DNA of 64,000 bases from Eledone cirrhosa (GCA_964016885.1 OZ024742.1:291648001-291712000); one strand, 5' to 3'. Counted from the stretch's first letter, positions 48,203 through 62,901 are shown. Program-made: numbers and translations. Notes: generated by a model from the letters alone, not told the origin.

Positions 48203-48260
48203 ACACCTGATAAGGTCACCAGGTTCTTACGCAACCTGGCCACTGAAATATGCATAGTGT
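48203..48260 (+). ncRNA. Degenerate hammerhead (core CTGATAA, G8A)
   Basis: ACAC-CTGATAA-GGTCA-CCAGGTT(CTTACGC)AACCTGG-CCACT-GAAA-TATGCAT-A-GTGT. Confidence 0.55.
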
Positions 48261-48354
48261 TTACAGTATTAACAAATTAAGGAAATTCAACATATTTGGC
48301 CTCCTGTCATTTCACTTTATAATATATATATATATATAGTGTGATTTATATATG

Positions 48355-48810
48355 TAGTGTGATAGTCAAAGCAATTAAGGGTATGAAGGTAGAGAAGTCA
48401 GCTGGACCATCTGGTATAGTTGCCAAGATACTAAAACATCCAACATGGTAGTTTACCAACTAGTCATATGCATAATAAATCAAGTAGTACAAGATGGTGT
48501 AATATCCAATGACTGGCACAGCAGTATCACGCTAAATTCCTACAAGGGTAAAGGAGATGCACTAGAGAGAGATAACTAGAGACAACTAGTATGTACCAAG
48601 TCACAAAAAGTTTATAGTACGAAAAGGTTATAGTACAACTAATTAGTGACAGATTTAAGTTAGAGGAAAATCGGTTCGACTTTATATCGTATAGTGGTAC
48701 TATTGATGCCCTCTTTCTGGTGAGACAACTGCAGAAGAAGTATTTGGCTAAAAGTAAACCACTGTACCTGGCATTTGTGTATCTGGAGAATGCCTTTCGC
48801 AGAATCCCCA
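48355..48810 (+). pseudogene. Decayed RTE reverse transcriptase N-terminal part
   Basis: KSAGPSGIVA, YKGKGDALE, GTIDALFLVRQLQKKYLAKSKPLYLAFVYLENAF. Confidence 0.8.
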
Positions 48811-49919
48811 TATATATATATATATATATATGCAAAAAGTAAAAAGAAACAACAAAGCAAACAGCACAGTACAAGGAAGAAATATATATAATTTAATGCT
48901 TGATATAGTAGGAAAAGAGTTTTTGACACTAGTCCTACCCTACACTAGAAGATAGAACAAGAAATAAAAGATGAAATAGAAAGATAGAGAGTGAGAGGAT
49001 GAAAGAACAAAAAAAAAATATTCAGTCAGCTATATATATGAATTGTACTTGTTTGTTAAGAGACTTAATCCAAGATGGCATGTTGAAACTAAAACTCTTC
49101 CAGCACGTCTCCCTCACCATCCTCTGGGGTATCACCTGCTCTATTCTATCTGCCAGGGCTGCAGGGTGGCCAGTGTGTGGGACTCTATTTGCTTATAATA
49201 GTGAAAGATGGGGAGAGTGGGAGAGATGGAGGCAGTGACAGTGGGAGTTTGGACCAGGTGTATATGTATATATTTATTTACAAGAAAGCAATAGATAAAG
49301 AGAGATGAGGTGTTCAAATTCTTTTGATTCTTAAAGTGAAGACAGAAAAAGAAATGAATCAAATTACACCAGAGAAGAGCCATTTTAACCATTAAAAAAA
49401 CACAATTATGTTCAATTTTCTTTCCCTTCCATTAAAATGGCTGAGAAATTGTAACATCAAACAATCTCCATAGATTGTGATTTAGAAAATTTATTAATTC
49501 AACAATAAAAACAATTTACTTCAGTCAACCCCTCAAACTTTTACATAAATATAATATTTTAATGTCACACGAAACATCTTTTCCGAGAACGAAACAATTG
49601 TAACAAATTGTTTGTTCTGAGTATGAAAAGGTCAATAAACAACATTAAAGATCATTATAATTGTGTTATATCCATATTTTTCCATGCTGGCAATGGTGGG
49701 AGGAGGCTGTTAAAACAATGACATCATCATTACCATCGTTTCTATATCCTCTTTCTATGCTTGGGTGAATTGTCATATTCAGAGGCTAGACTAGTCAGAT
49801 GACTATCTCTTGCTCATATGTTCCATATTTAACATGGTTTTTATGGCTTGATGCCCTTCCTAACATCAATTACCTTACAGTGTGTACTGATCGCATTTTT
49901 TTTTCTTTTGTGTGTGAGT

Positions 49920-50172
49920 GTGTGGCACCAGAACTACGACTTTATAAAGTGGACTGGGTGCATTTTATCATGGCACCACTACTACTATTTTACAGGGTTG
50001 ACTGGGTGCATTTTATCATGGCACTATCATTACCGTTTTACAGGGCTGACTGGGTGCATTTTATCGTTGCACCGCCACTACCATTTTACAGGGTTGACTG
50101 CGTGTGTTTTATCATGGCACCATTACTGCCATTTTAAAAGGTTGACTGGGTGCATTTTATTGTGGCACTAGC
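49920..50172. repeat. ~46-bp tandem array (about 5 units) inside a SINE/RTE tail
   Basis: TTTTACAGGGTTGACTGGGTGCATTTTATCATGGCACC units. Confidence 0.85.
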
Positions 50173-50529
50173 CCTAGTGAGGTTGTCATACGATCATCCA
50201 GACACAAATCCCAAACACAGTAACCTCCAGTTTTCACCCACATTTACTTTTATTCAATACCACTGATTCTACAAATAATAGCAATATTTAACCTTTTTCA
50301 TACCAAACCATCTGAAACGGCCTTTGTTTCTATGATATAAAAGTGCTATAAAGTGTTTATATTTATCTAAAAAAATTCCCTTATAATTTTATGTAAAAAT
50401 CTTTGCTAAATTCTGTTCCAAACACCGGATTAATAATGAGGACACTGGTGTGGCTACTGTTCAGTATAAGACAGACCACAATCTCACACTGAGATTAAAT
50501 AATATGGTGTGGAAGAAACAAAACTAAAG

Positions 50530-51180
50530 AGCCTTCTGTAATACATTGTTTGATCACCAACTAATTTACAAAATGTACAGGGTGCATTATATAATGATTC
50601 CATCACTAAAAATGTTGCAATGTCTTAAAAAAAAATCTAGTGTCCTCTCTACCCTATGGTATATCTGATCACCAACTACTTTACAGACTGTACTGGTTGC
50701 ATTTTAACATAGCACCGACACTAAAGAGGTTGTCACGTCCTTGATAAGGCTAAAAAGTCCTCTCAACTCTACATTGTCTGATCAACAACCACTTTACAGT
50801 ATTTTATCATGCTTCCAATACTAGAAAAACCCACAAATCCTCACTAAGAATAAGGAGTCTTCTCAACCTTTCATTGCCTGATCATCAACTACCATACAGA
50901 GTGTACTGGGTGCATTTTATCATAGTATCAGCACTAGAGAAGTTGTCAAGACCTCAACAAGAGTAACAGGTCCTCTCTACCATATATTATCTTCATTCAA
51001 TTACCAACTACTTTATGGAGTATATTTAAATTTGTCCTAAGAATATTATGTTCTAGAACAGTTAAGTCCTCAACAAGAGTAACAAGTCCTCTCTACCCTC
51101 TTTATTAACTCCATGCAATCAACAACTACTTTACAGAGTGTATTTAATATTTAAATCTGTACTAAGAATATTATTTTCTA
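50530..51180. repeat. Degenerate ~110-120-bp tandem array
   Basis: Recurring GTCCTCTCTACC...CTGATCACCAACTACTTTACAGA...TGCATTTTA. Confidence 0.7.
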
Positions 51181-51894
51181 CTGATCATTAAAACATTCGA
51201 TACAGTTTTATGATAAATGTGAAGATGTAAATGTAAAAATGTATAAAATTGAGTAAGGTTCGTTGATATATTTAAATAAAGAATTGAAAGTGGAAATAAT
51301 AGATTAACCTATATTGATATTGGTGAAAACCTAACATTTCCTGGTAAATCTTTTATATCCTTCTATAATTAATAGACATGGATTCAGAAACACATTTTAA
51401 AACATTACCAACAAAATCAATACTTTATAGGAAAGAAAATCGATCCGTGTGTTAATTCTTTCATTAATATATTTCTAATGAACGATACTGCCAATGATCT
51501 TCAATTAATTTTGGTGGGATTTAAAATATAACTTAATTTCTCATTATTAAGTTCATATTTGGATCATAACCCAACAAAAGTTTTTACATGAAATTATGAT
51601 GGAAGGTTTAAATTTATATATAAACAATCAAAAATAAGGTTTTGTATCATAAAACCAGAGGTGGTTTCTGGCAGGTCAGTATCAAATTATTTAACTGGAA
51701 CTTGGAACATAAATTAAAGATTCTTACATAAAATTACGATGTAAGATGTTTTCGAATAAATATAAACAATTTAAAACAAAGATTTATATCATAAAACCAA
51801 GGATGGTTTCAGGTGGCTTGGTAGCAAAAGGTAATTTCAATGTGGAATAGTCATTTTAGTCATTCAAAAACACAAACTGTTAAATTTACATTGC

Positions 51895-52152
51895 ATATAA
51901 AGTGTCACAACAAAAAGCACCCAGCCCACACTGTAAAGTGGCCATGTAGGTGTCACGACAAAAAGCACCTAGCCCACACTGTAAATGTGGTTGGTGTTAG
52001 GAAGATCATCAAGCCATGGATCTCAAGCCAAAACCAGTCCTGTATGAGCAAGACAGTTATCGGACATGGCTTGTCTCACAACGTGGCAACTAATCTAACC
52101 TAAGCTAGTGAGGAAAAATGGACGTTAAACAATGATGATAATGATGATGATT
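51895..52152 (+). mobile_element. SINE/RTE 3'-tail fragment
   Basis: AAAAAGCACCCAGCCCACACTGTAAA x2, GGTTGGTGTTAGGAAG, terminal GGACGTTAAAC-(GAT)n. Confidence 0.75.
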
Positions 52153-52809
52153 TATTTCTTGGTGTCAAAATCTCCATTGCAAAGTTTGTGACCGGGTCTC
52201 TGACAGTGCAATGGCTAAATTGACTTCCACACAATGTAATTGAATCCATGATGTAATAGATTTCAGTTTCACCATACTGCCTCAGATGAAGCTATTAGCC
52301 AGACATGTTCATTACTGGTCAAGAGGCAGGTCAGATGATAAAGGGAACGAATCTACCCCAAATTCTGTCATCAATGGCCTCTGAAATTTCTACTTTCACA
52401 ATTAAACAGTATTCACAGATTATTCTAAATAGTATTAATGAATAAAAGATAATGAACATTTAAAATTAATTACTGCAGCAAAAAACACTTATCTCATAAC
52501 AAAAATCAATGAAATAAAAACTTCCTACACAATATTTGTAAACCATCAGAACAGCATGGAAAGTAGTAGTAGTAGTAGTAGAGAAAATATATATTTAATT
52601 ATAACTAATTAATTTCTGACAGAATAAGTAATTGTGAAAAAATTTTTAAGAAAACCACCAACATTTGGTCGAAAACAAGCCAAAAAAATATACAAATAGA
52701 AATTTTTAGATCAGAATTAACAATTAAATCTAATTTAAATACAATTATATTTTCATTTTTATATTTTTAAACAATGCTTTTAACCATTTTGAGACCAACA
52801 AACATTTGC

Positions 52810-53245
52810 CCACTTCCTGAGAGGGTTGTGGGAGCAGAGTCCTCAAACACTCCTTCCAATGGGACCTGTTAGAAGCAACTGTCTCTAACTGATCCCCAAG
52901 CTCTTGGATGTTGCCCAACTATCTTGCTCAGGGTCTACCCTTGGGTCCCCTGCTGGTTGGTTTTGCATGTAAAATCTGTCCAGCAATTCTTTCCTGAGAC
53001 ATTCTAATCACGTGCCCATAGTATCGAAGCTTCTTAATTCGGAGAAGTAGCAGCTCTACCTGGAGTGACTCTCTGATCTCTGAGCTACACACTATCAAGC
53101 AATGTTACTTCAAAGATCCTTCGGGGAAACCACATTTCAGCTGCTTGAATTTGCAATCATATTCTTTCGGTCATTACCCAAGATTCATGACCATGGGTAA
53201 GGGTTGGCATGAATACCAAATTGAAGATAGCAAATTTGGCTTTTA
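52810..53245 (-). pseudogene. Decayed RTE ORF2 C-terminal fragment (third family)
   Basis: PTLTHGHESWVMTER, IQAAEM, LRYYGHVIRM, GRP remnants with stops. Confidence 0.75.
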
Positions 53246-55583
53246 CACCTACCTACCTTCTTCAATAAAACCCCTTCTAGTCATAGTTTGTTTTTATAAA
53301 ATACCTCCATCATAATTTTATGTAAGAATCTATATTTTCTAAACACCAAAATATAATGGGAAAGTTATTTATATTGCCAAATCTCTCCAAATTATTGATT
53401 ATTTTCAAAATTATTTGAAAATCATAGGCAGTGTCTTTCATTAGAAAGTATGATAATGAAATTGTTAAAATATTTATATTTATCTAAAGATCATAATTTT
53501 ATGTAAGAACCTTTGTTAAGCTATGTTACAAACACCAGCTTAATAATTAAAAAGGCAGATATATTACTTAAATCCCTAAAAATTAATGATTATTTTCCAA
53601 ATTATTTGTAAACCATAAGCAGTGTCTTTCATTAGAAATATGGTAATGAAAGTGTTATATTTATTTAAATCCCTTATGTCATAATTTTATATAAGAACCT
53701 TTATGTTCCAAACACCTGCTTAAGTTATTTCAGGCCTTGATGGTGTTGGTCAGTCCCATAACAAATTAGACACCCAAGAGCACCTTGGAAGATTTTTACC
53801 TTAGTGTATCTAAGATAATTCTGCTTGGCAAAGACTTGGAGCTATATCCACAGGATGAATTAAAACATAGCTCTGTAAGACAATAATGAAATACTGAGCA
53901 ATAATATTGATATTGTTTACAGTGATGAAGTGTTCAAGCTATGAAGTACCACTTTACAGCTAGGTGGATCTCGAGTAATTGCCCCTCTGCAGCTTAAATT
54001 TTTAGATTTTTTTCACCACCACCCCGCTCTAACCCTCCCCCTATTTTTATTAAATTTTGCTAACCTATCAACAGCCAGTTGATGAGGAGGTCATGGAATT
54101 GAACCACACAACCACTGTTTGGCTGTGAGCAGAATGGAGGCAAGTGAGACAACATTGATCCAAGGAAGGCTCAAGCCATTTGAAAGTTGACCTGCACTTG
54201 ATGTTGTCCCAGTTGTTTTGGGTGTCTACAAACTGGAGGACAAAAAGACCTCCATCTTTCCAAAAGCTCAGAACCGACTCCAGTTACAAATACTATCTTA
54301 ATAATGACATCATTAATAATTTTTGTAAATCACTCCAAATTCTTCATTAATGCTTTTGACCCAGTCACAAGACCTCAGGTTTTGTGAAAAAACCATCCAT
54401 TTTAAAGGCATCCTATTCAAATTAAAGCTTCCCAACATAATTTGGTATGTTATTATCTCAATAATGTAATAAATAATTCTAGTAGATTTGTTTAAATTCT
54501 TCATACAGTGTATTTCATTAGAATAACAGTAACAAAAGGGTTAAGATTTAACATTTGTTTTTTGTTTATCTGAATAAATTTTGTCTCTAAACAATTTTTA
54601 TTTCATTTAATGTCATATTAAAACTTGGATGGTGGAAACTGCGCTTAAAATATAGGGCATATTTTTTTTTTATCCAAATAAATTCTATCTCTGAAATAAT
54701 TTTTGTTTTATTTAATGTCTTAATATTAGGCTGGTGAAGATTGTTAATAAAATACAAATATGGGTTCTGTGATTTTTGGAAAATTGTATAAATGTTCCAT
54801 GCCAAAATAAAATACTTGTTTTTAGATATTTTCTGCTACATCATTATAGGATGTTAAAAGAAAGCAGAATACAGTGAGTGGGAGAGGGAGAGAGAGAGGT
54901 GATAGTGTACTGAATCAACATTTGAGATGTTTTATAGTTTCTACTCTGTCAATTAGTAAAAACATTTCTGAGTTTACATTTGGACAACTATAAATGCAAA
55001 TGGAATTTATTCAGTAAACGAAAGCATTAACGAGTGGACCTATTCATTAATGAAATTATACATCATAAACATATGTTGACTATATTTTACAAAAAGAAGC
55101 TATACAAGGATGGAAATATGATTCTAAAAAAAGATAAAAACAAAATTAAGTAATGAAAAATGGGGGAAGGGGTAAAGATTGGCAGATCTGGCTGTATAGG
55201 AAAGGAGAGGAAAGGACTATTATTAGAGCATCACATTAAATGCCTTTGTATTTGTTCTGGTTCTCAACATTGAGTTCAATTTTGCCTTTCATCCTTTCAG
55301 GTTTGATAAAATACCAGTCCAGGAGAAGTCAAATCTACTGGTGTAATGTATTGGCTACATACTACTACAATGTAGTACATATGCAGTATTGTTGATGCTA
55401 TCTACCAGTTACAACTCCTGGTAGAAGCGCCACCCTTTTATGATGATGACAAGAGGCAAGATTTGAACTCAGAACACAACACCAGAACAGATACTTCAAA
55501 GTAACCCCTTCGGTGCTATGACAATTCTGCTAATCCATTGTTCCTGGACTGGTACTTTATACACACACACACATATATAATAA

Positions 55584-55623
<40 letters not shown>

Positions 55624-56084
55624 TATATACTATATATATATTATAGTAGTGCATTCTATCTTAGTATAATTTGAACAACAATACTAATACAAGCATGAGC
55701 TGTGATTTTTTCTTTTTTTCTTCATATGAAAAAAGTGAGGGAAATTTTTAGTGAGCTATTTTATCTCTGCTGGCAAGAAGATGATTGTATCACATTTGTG
55801 TATGTAGTGCAATGTTGCATGATAGCATAATATGGGTAATGAATATAGAGAATGTGTGACAACTAAAAGAGGATCATATTCCACTGGTTGTGTAATATTA
55901 ATATGAATGAAAGGTTGAGCACAAATAACAAAGGTGGACACACAACCAAAACCCTAGGCCTCACAAATATATACTGCATATATAAAATAATAACACTACA
56001 AGGTACTGTACATACTCAAGGCACATGGAACTGTGCTTGATAATGCAGTGATACACACTTTAAAAAAAAGACTAATAATAGTAA

Positions 56085-56305
56085 TAATTGTTTCTACTTT
56101 AGGCACAAGGCCAGCAATTTTCGGGGAAGGGAAAGTCAATAAAATCAACCCCAGTGTATTATAGGTGCTTTATTTTATCGACCCCGTAAGGATGAAAGGC
56201 AAAGCTAACCTCAGTGGGATTTGAAATTAGAACATAAAGGAACATAACTATGCTACAAAGTATTTTTTCTGAAGCTCCACCAATGCTATCAATTCACTGC
56301 CCTTC
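56085..56305 (-). mobile_element. SINE of the GCCTTTCATCCTT...GGTCGATAAAAT type (another fragment at 55270-55325, plus)
   Basis: Plus strand TTTTATCGACCCCGTAAGGATGAAAGGCAAAG...GGATTTGAA. Confidence 0.7.
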
Positions 56306-56755
56306 ACAATGATCTCAGTTGATAACCAGATTCAATCTACAAATGACAGCAGGTATTCAACATAAACCCACCAGTCAGCAATACTTGAACACTCAACGAG
56401 GGTGTGCAGAATAGTTTTGTTGTCCAGATCACATCTCGAACACACCCAACCGATGGTGCTTTCATGCATGTTAATTCTCACCAGTAGCACTGCTAAGCCA
56501 AGGATTTCTGGAAGTTATCCATGGGCCCTGGACAGAGTCCTCCGGAAAAGAGAGGCTAGTTGATTTTTGTTGAAACGAGAGTATCCAAGAATGTCATTGC
56601 TTTTACCTGCCACAAACCTAATCAGTATAAGAACAGTTTTTATTTCAAGTATTGAAAACATAACTTCTTTTTATTATTTTTATATAGGATTTTTCATATT
56701 TCCTTATTAGTTATTTGCTTAGTATGGAACATAGTGTTTCTAAATCCATGTATGT

Positions 56756-56794
56756 ATTAACATTTCGAGGCTTTCACAGCCGCATCTTCAGAAT
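56756..56794 (-). ncRNA. Degenerate minimal hammerhead
   Basis: Minus strand AUU-CUGAAGA-U-GCGGCU(GUGAA)AGCCUC-GAAAUGUU-AAU. Confidence 0.5.
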
Positions 56795-57567
56795 TAGAAT
56801 GGTCATACTAGTAATAATGTATTGGTTGTGTATGTATATATATATATATATATCAGAATTGTAAATCCAACATAATCCAAGATGGTGGTCCAGATGTATA
56901 ATCCAAGGTAAAAGAAACTTGGATTATTAAGGTACTCCAAGAATGTAGTAAAATTGGTAAATATCCTGTTTATTTTGTTTTTTGTTCTTTCATTCATACC
57001 CGTGTCTGTGCATGCTACATGTGTGCTAAACTTTCTCCATATCAAAAGCAAATTTTCCTTTACATTCCCAGTATCAATAGAGTTCTGAATTGGTTCAATA
57101 CCCTAATCAGTTAGCCACTATATTGGTGAAGAATATTTATATGACTATGTCAGACTTTCTTGTTGAGAATGATGAATGAATGCAGCAGAGGTGATCAGCT
57201 CTAGGTAGGTATAATATTTTAGATTAATACAACAACAATATAACAAAATGAAATTTTATTTTTAATGAAATGTACAGCTCACACCTATGTAGGTTTAGCT
57301 GGCCTCCTATGAGGTTACACATCATAGAAGGTTTATTGGGTGTTTTAATGATAGAGGTTCCTGTCTTATGAATAGCAATGTGAAATGAAGCATCTTACTC
57401 AGGAATTGAACATGCCACCCAGTCCAGGAATCGAAACCCTGCCCTTATGATTCAACACCCAATCACATAGCAATGCACCTTTCCAACAAAGGTTATGAAG
57501 TTACAGGTTCAAAAATGGTCAGTAATTCAAACATAAAAAAATAACAGGTTTCAAATTACAAGTATAA

Positions 57568-58312
57568 TAGGTGTGTGGCATAAAGGTTAGGATGTTAGAC
57601 TCACATTTATAAAATTATGGGTTTGATTCCTAGACTGGATGGGGTATTGTGTTCATGAGTAAGATGCTCCATTTTATGTTGCTTTTCATGATAGAACTGG
57701 GGACCCTATAATTAAAACACTTATGAAACCTTATGTGAGATGAAACCTCATAATAAGCTGGCTAAACCTATATAGACATAAGCTGTAATTTTCAGGTCTT
57801 ATTTCGTATGAAAAGCGTGGGGAAATGTTTAGTAAGCTATTTTATCTCTGCTGGCAATAAGAGGATTGTATGACACTTGTGTAAGGAGTGCATTAGTACA
57901 TGATAGCATAACATGGGCAATGAATGTGGAGAATGTGTGCAAACTATAAAGAAATGAGAGGATCATGTTCCACTGGTTGTGTCATAAATATGAATGAATG
58001 GTTGAGCACAAATGGGATGAGAAAAAAACTGGGTCTAAGAAGAATTAAATATAGTGCGCAAGAGAGAAACCTGTGCTGCTTGGGATAAGCGATGTTTATG
58101 GAATATAATGATTGAGTAAAAAAAAAAAAATGTCAAGCAATCTAAGTGGAAGCAAACCCCAGAATAGGAAGACCAAGGAATATGTAATCTCAAAATGCTG
58201 AATCTGACAAAGGAATGTAACAACTAATGAGATGCTGTCTTGGAGAAAATCTGCTCAATACATGCAAGCATGGAAAAATGAACAGACATTGATTATGATG
58301 CTAATGATGATA
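57568..58312 (+). mobile_element. Old CORE-type SINE with long body and RTE tail (partial copy at 55753-55925)
   Basis: Decayed tRNA head, CORE remnant, shared AGCTATTTTATCTCTGCTGGCAA block, tail CATGCAAGCATGGAAAAATG. Confidence 0.55.
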
Positions 58313-59604
58313 AAGAACCAGCAATGTGTTTATTGTTGGACAGCTATTGGCTCTAATGACAAGTGTTCCAGTTGGTATATAGGTGTGAAGAAGTAACTAT
58401 TAGTGTGTGATAGTGAGGGTATCTAAGGGCTTTAGAAAAGTGGAGTAGATTAAAGTAAGACAAACAAAAAAGAAACAAGGCCATATTTCTTTGTGTATAT
58501 AATATGATCTCAGAGTAAGTAACGTTGTTGTAAAACTTTTTGTAAACTTGTACCATGTTATCCATAAACATCTTGATTTCATATATATTACCAAACAAAA
58601 GGGTTGGGAGGACCCTCAGTTGTGTCAACGACATGACAACCTCTCTTGTACATTCAGTGAAGCGTCAACCATACATAAAGTGAAACTCGGATCCCTGGCC
58701 TGCCAGTGGCTCCATTTCAGTTCTGACTTGGTCTATGTAGACCCATCCAACCCTTGCTAGCAGGAAAAGTGGATGTTAAATGACGATGATAATGGTTTTA
58801 CTATAATATGGTATTTAAGAATGTAAAACAACCAAATGTTTAGCATTTTGCAAACAATTGTTATCAACATGTATTTACAATCTTGCCATTCAACTGACTG
58901 TATCTGGCCAGAATTCTTTCCCCTTTTTGAAACCAGCCATAACCAGCATCTCATGTCAATATTAAGGTATTGTTCTTAAGATAAGCAATAACATCATCAA
59001 ACTCTTGAAGACTCGAGATTATGCAAGATAAAGCCTTTACCATGAATATACAAAATTAGATATAGAGTAATATAAATGCTAAAGGGTTAAAATGAGTATT
59101 TTTAAAACCAGGAAAAAATTCTGGAAAAAAAATGGTATTTTAACTTTTACCTAGTGCGAATCACAGAAAAACATGGCTTGCCATAATTATCACATTCTAA
59201 TTCTTTCTTTTGAAGAGATTCTAACCTCAAAATATGAACTATACAGTAAACGTTTAAACTGATGTTTATGTAGGGGCCAAATAAAACCAGCTTGTGATAA
59301 GTTTAATCCAGCCAGATTATAATATGTTTAAGCAGGACAAATGTAGTTAGCTTATGCTGTGTCTAATCATCTTGTGACAATCACTATTTCAATTGATTAT
59401 GGAAACATTTTGAGTGGTTTCTAAAATTATTGATTATTTCATTACTAAGATTTTAACTTAACATATAGTTCTCATACATTTTGCAAGAAGATTTAAATTC
59501 AAATGATAACTTTTTAAAATAAATGGTTTTGCTTCATAAAATCAGAGCTGGTTTTGGTACCAAAAGGATTGAAGAGAGCAGGCACAGTCAGATAGGAAAG
59601 ATGT

Positions 59605-59805
59605 AGGTAGCTTGTGATGTGTTTAAACAGGTCAGATATTGCTATCTTGTAATGTGTTTAAACAGATCAAATATAGGCAGCTTGTAATGTGTTCAAGCAG
59701 ATCAAATATAGGCAGCTTGTAATGTGTTCAAGCAGATCAAATATAGGCAGCTTGTAATGTGTTCAAGCAGGCCAGGTACAGCCAGCTTGTGATATGTTTA
59801 AACAA
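59605..59805. repeat. 35-bp minisatellite
   Basis: AGATCAAATATAGGCAGCTTGTAATGTGTTCAAGC x3 plus degenerate flanking units. Confidence 0.9.
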
Positions 59806-62800
59806 GAGAAAATCTGCTTTGTAAAGATTACCTAATAAGTGAAAAGATCACCCAACAGAATGACATACTAGTGAACCAACATCAATCATTTTTCAGCCCC
59901 CCCCCCCCCCCTTCGCACACACATTTACTAAATTTTGAAATGATAGCATTCCTGTGACTATTTTCTTTATACATTAAAAAACATTATACATGACAAAAAA
60001 GAACATTACAAGAAATTGTATACATTATTAAATAAATAGCATGTATTGGGGTCTCAATATGTAAACTAAACAAATAATTCTAGTTTTTTTTAAATTCAAG
60101 GGAGACAACCTAGAAAAATTATCGATTTTCACCTCCCCATCCCTATTATTTGGGACCCAAGAATAGTGAAAATAATTTAAGATTAAGATAATATATGGTA
60201 ATATCTAAAATTTAGTTACTTCCTTGGGTTTGAAGTCAGATTTAATCCTGAATAATTAGCAATGGAAATGATTTGTTGGATATAGTCAAGCCAACAATTA
60301 TATGAATGAAAAAAATTAAAAAAGGAAAAGAGCCGATTATCAGATTGGACCAAGGAAACAATGTTTCCATTGGTTTTTAGCAAAAGAAAGGAGCTGATCA
60401 TCTAATCAGGCCAAGGCTGCTTACTAAGTTTGCTAATAAGCTAATTGCATTGGTCTTTCCATTGCTGATGCAATATGTCAGACACAATTCATAGCTGAAG
60501 AAAGGAGCTGACCATCAGCTCGGACAAAGGGCACTATGTTCCCATTGGTCTTTCCACAGCTGATATTGTCTGCCAGTTACAACTCACAGCATATTTGAAC
60601 TCAGAAGGTACACAACTGAAGCAGATCTTGCAAAGCATCCTGTCCAACTTGCAAAGTTAACTCAGAGTGGAGCGAGCTGGAGCAAATAGCAAGGCATTTA
60701 TTCCAATGACCAAATGGCAGCCAATTTGCTGCTTAAGGATAGGAGATATTCATACCTTTGCCAAGTGCAAGTAAAACAGTGTAACAACAAGCAAAGATTG
60801 AAACTATATAACTAAGTTGATTCACTACAAATGTGTAGATATATATTGTCATACTAAACCATGGGCCCTTAAATCCTGATGAAGCCATAAGGGCGCTGTC
60901 ATGACATATGGCATGTCTTCTGCAATTAAACCTGACAGAACCCCCTCTCTCCTCTCCACAATGGAGCATAGCTGATTTCTTTGAGATAAATAAAGAAGGT
61001 GAGAAAGAGAGACAGAAAGAATCAACACAAGTACTGGGCATCTATTTCATTTATTGGCCTTAACTGTATCAGAATTTGAGCTCAGAATTTGAGCTCAGAG
61101 TTGGGACAAATTTCACAAAGCATTTTGTCTGACTCGCTAATGTTTCTGCCAATCCCAGCCCCCCCCCCCTCAGGTTTTTATAATAAACACACTAAACATG
61201 AACTAAATAAAGGGCTTGTACACTGTGTATAGAGTCAAAATAATAACTTATCAATAATCACTGTGTATTTCAAAATTTCACCAACATTATTGGCTTTTCA
61301 AAACACAGATAAGCTGGCAATTTCAGTGAAATTTTGAAGTAAACAGCCACTATTAATAACAAATACTATACTTAGCCAAATATTGAATTAACATTTGGCA
61401 GATTTAGAATAGAAATGTTTCTTTATGGAATATGGTTTAAGAGAATGTTAAGTTTAGCAGAGTGATTCTAGAAGCAAGTTTTCCTCTGTACCACTTTATC
61501 ATTCTTACTCCAATACTGAGGTAGCTGTGACATGATGACAGCTTAAATACCTACAGCAAGACATAGTGTATGTTTATTATACATAAACATATATATGACT
61601 TGATATATATTTCTATTCTGAATCATTCAATGTTAGTGGTACTGCTAGTCAAGCTTGCACTCATCATATTCATCATATTGATGTCTATTTTCCTTGCTAG
61701 TAAGAGTTGCACTATATGTAAATAAGCTTTCTACAAAAATAGTTTGTTTACAAAATCTATAAGAAGATATTGTTTTCTATACATACTCCAGCATCTTCAC
61801 ATAACTGAGTAGTGATGATCTGTAACAACAGTGAAATACATGCATCCAGTGCTCTTATCCTATTACTGAGGTAACTGTCATCATTATACATAAACGCGTT
61901 CATATACACCTTTATTCTGAATCACAGTGTTATCGCTAATTACATTTTTATAGATTTTATTTCTAATATGGATTCTTCTAGATAAATATTTCATGTTGGA
62001 TTGTACAGTTCTGTCATAGTTAGAATTCCCAGATAATTCACATCTATCTTTAATTTTGGAGGCGATGTATTTGATATAAAATCATGTGATGAAAGAGATA
62101 TTGTTATATTTGGAAACCAAACCAAACAGTGAGTGTGTTTTACTATATTTTTCTGGCAATATTAGAACAACATAACCCTCCCCAAATATAACAATATATA
62201 ATTTTGGAATTTTGATAAATACAGAGAAAATTTATGAAGTGGGGATTAATTTAGACATTAAACCTTCGACATATTTCAAATAAAAGGCACTGCCTATAAT
62301 TTTTAAATCATTTAAAAAATAATCACGAATTTGAGGGACTTAACTTTCTCATTATCAAATAGGTGTTTGGAACATTACAAAGGTTCTTATATAAGATTTT
62401 TAGATAAATATACACAATATTAAATAAACAGTTTTGTATTGTAGAACCAAGGGTGGGAACAGGTGGTTTGGTACCAAAAGAGAACGAGGTAACTGAAAAC
62501 ATACCTCGCCCATTTACCACCACCACAATCACCAAAATACATATGTATATATACAGTTATAACATGGAATATATATATATTTTTTATAGTTCCTTTAATG
62601 GATTATACTGGTAATTTCCTAACTGGGGTGCTTTTTCTGGTTTTGAGAAATTTCACTTCTCAATATTTGTGCTGAGTGTATATGCCTGCATGTGTTTGTA
62701 CGTAAATACACACACACACATATATATATACACACACAATGTCACTATTGGATGGACATGCATGACCATTAGCATACCAAAATGATTGCATAACTGCACC

Positions 62801-62901
62801 AGTGATTGCATGAGCATCTGGCGAAGTCACATGAATAACCATGTAACAGAAATATATATAATGCAATAAACAATTATGGTGATGTAATCCCGACTTAACT
62901 A

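Noticed and set aside
49920-50172. Regularly spaced repeats resembling a CRISPR array (also 59605-59805)
   Set aside because: Units are contiguous tandem copies with no unique spacers; no cas genes; eukaryotic context
60876-60905. CTGATGA-A-GCC(ATAAG)GGC-GCTGTC
   Set aside because: GAAA is missing and stem I does not pair; at best a deleted remnant
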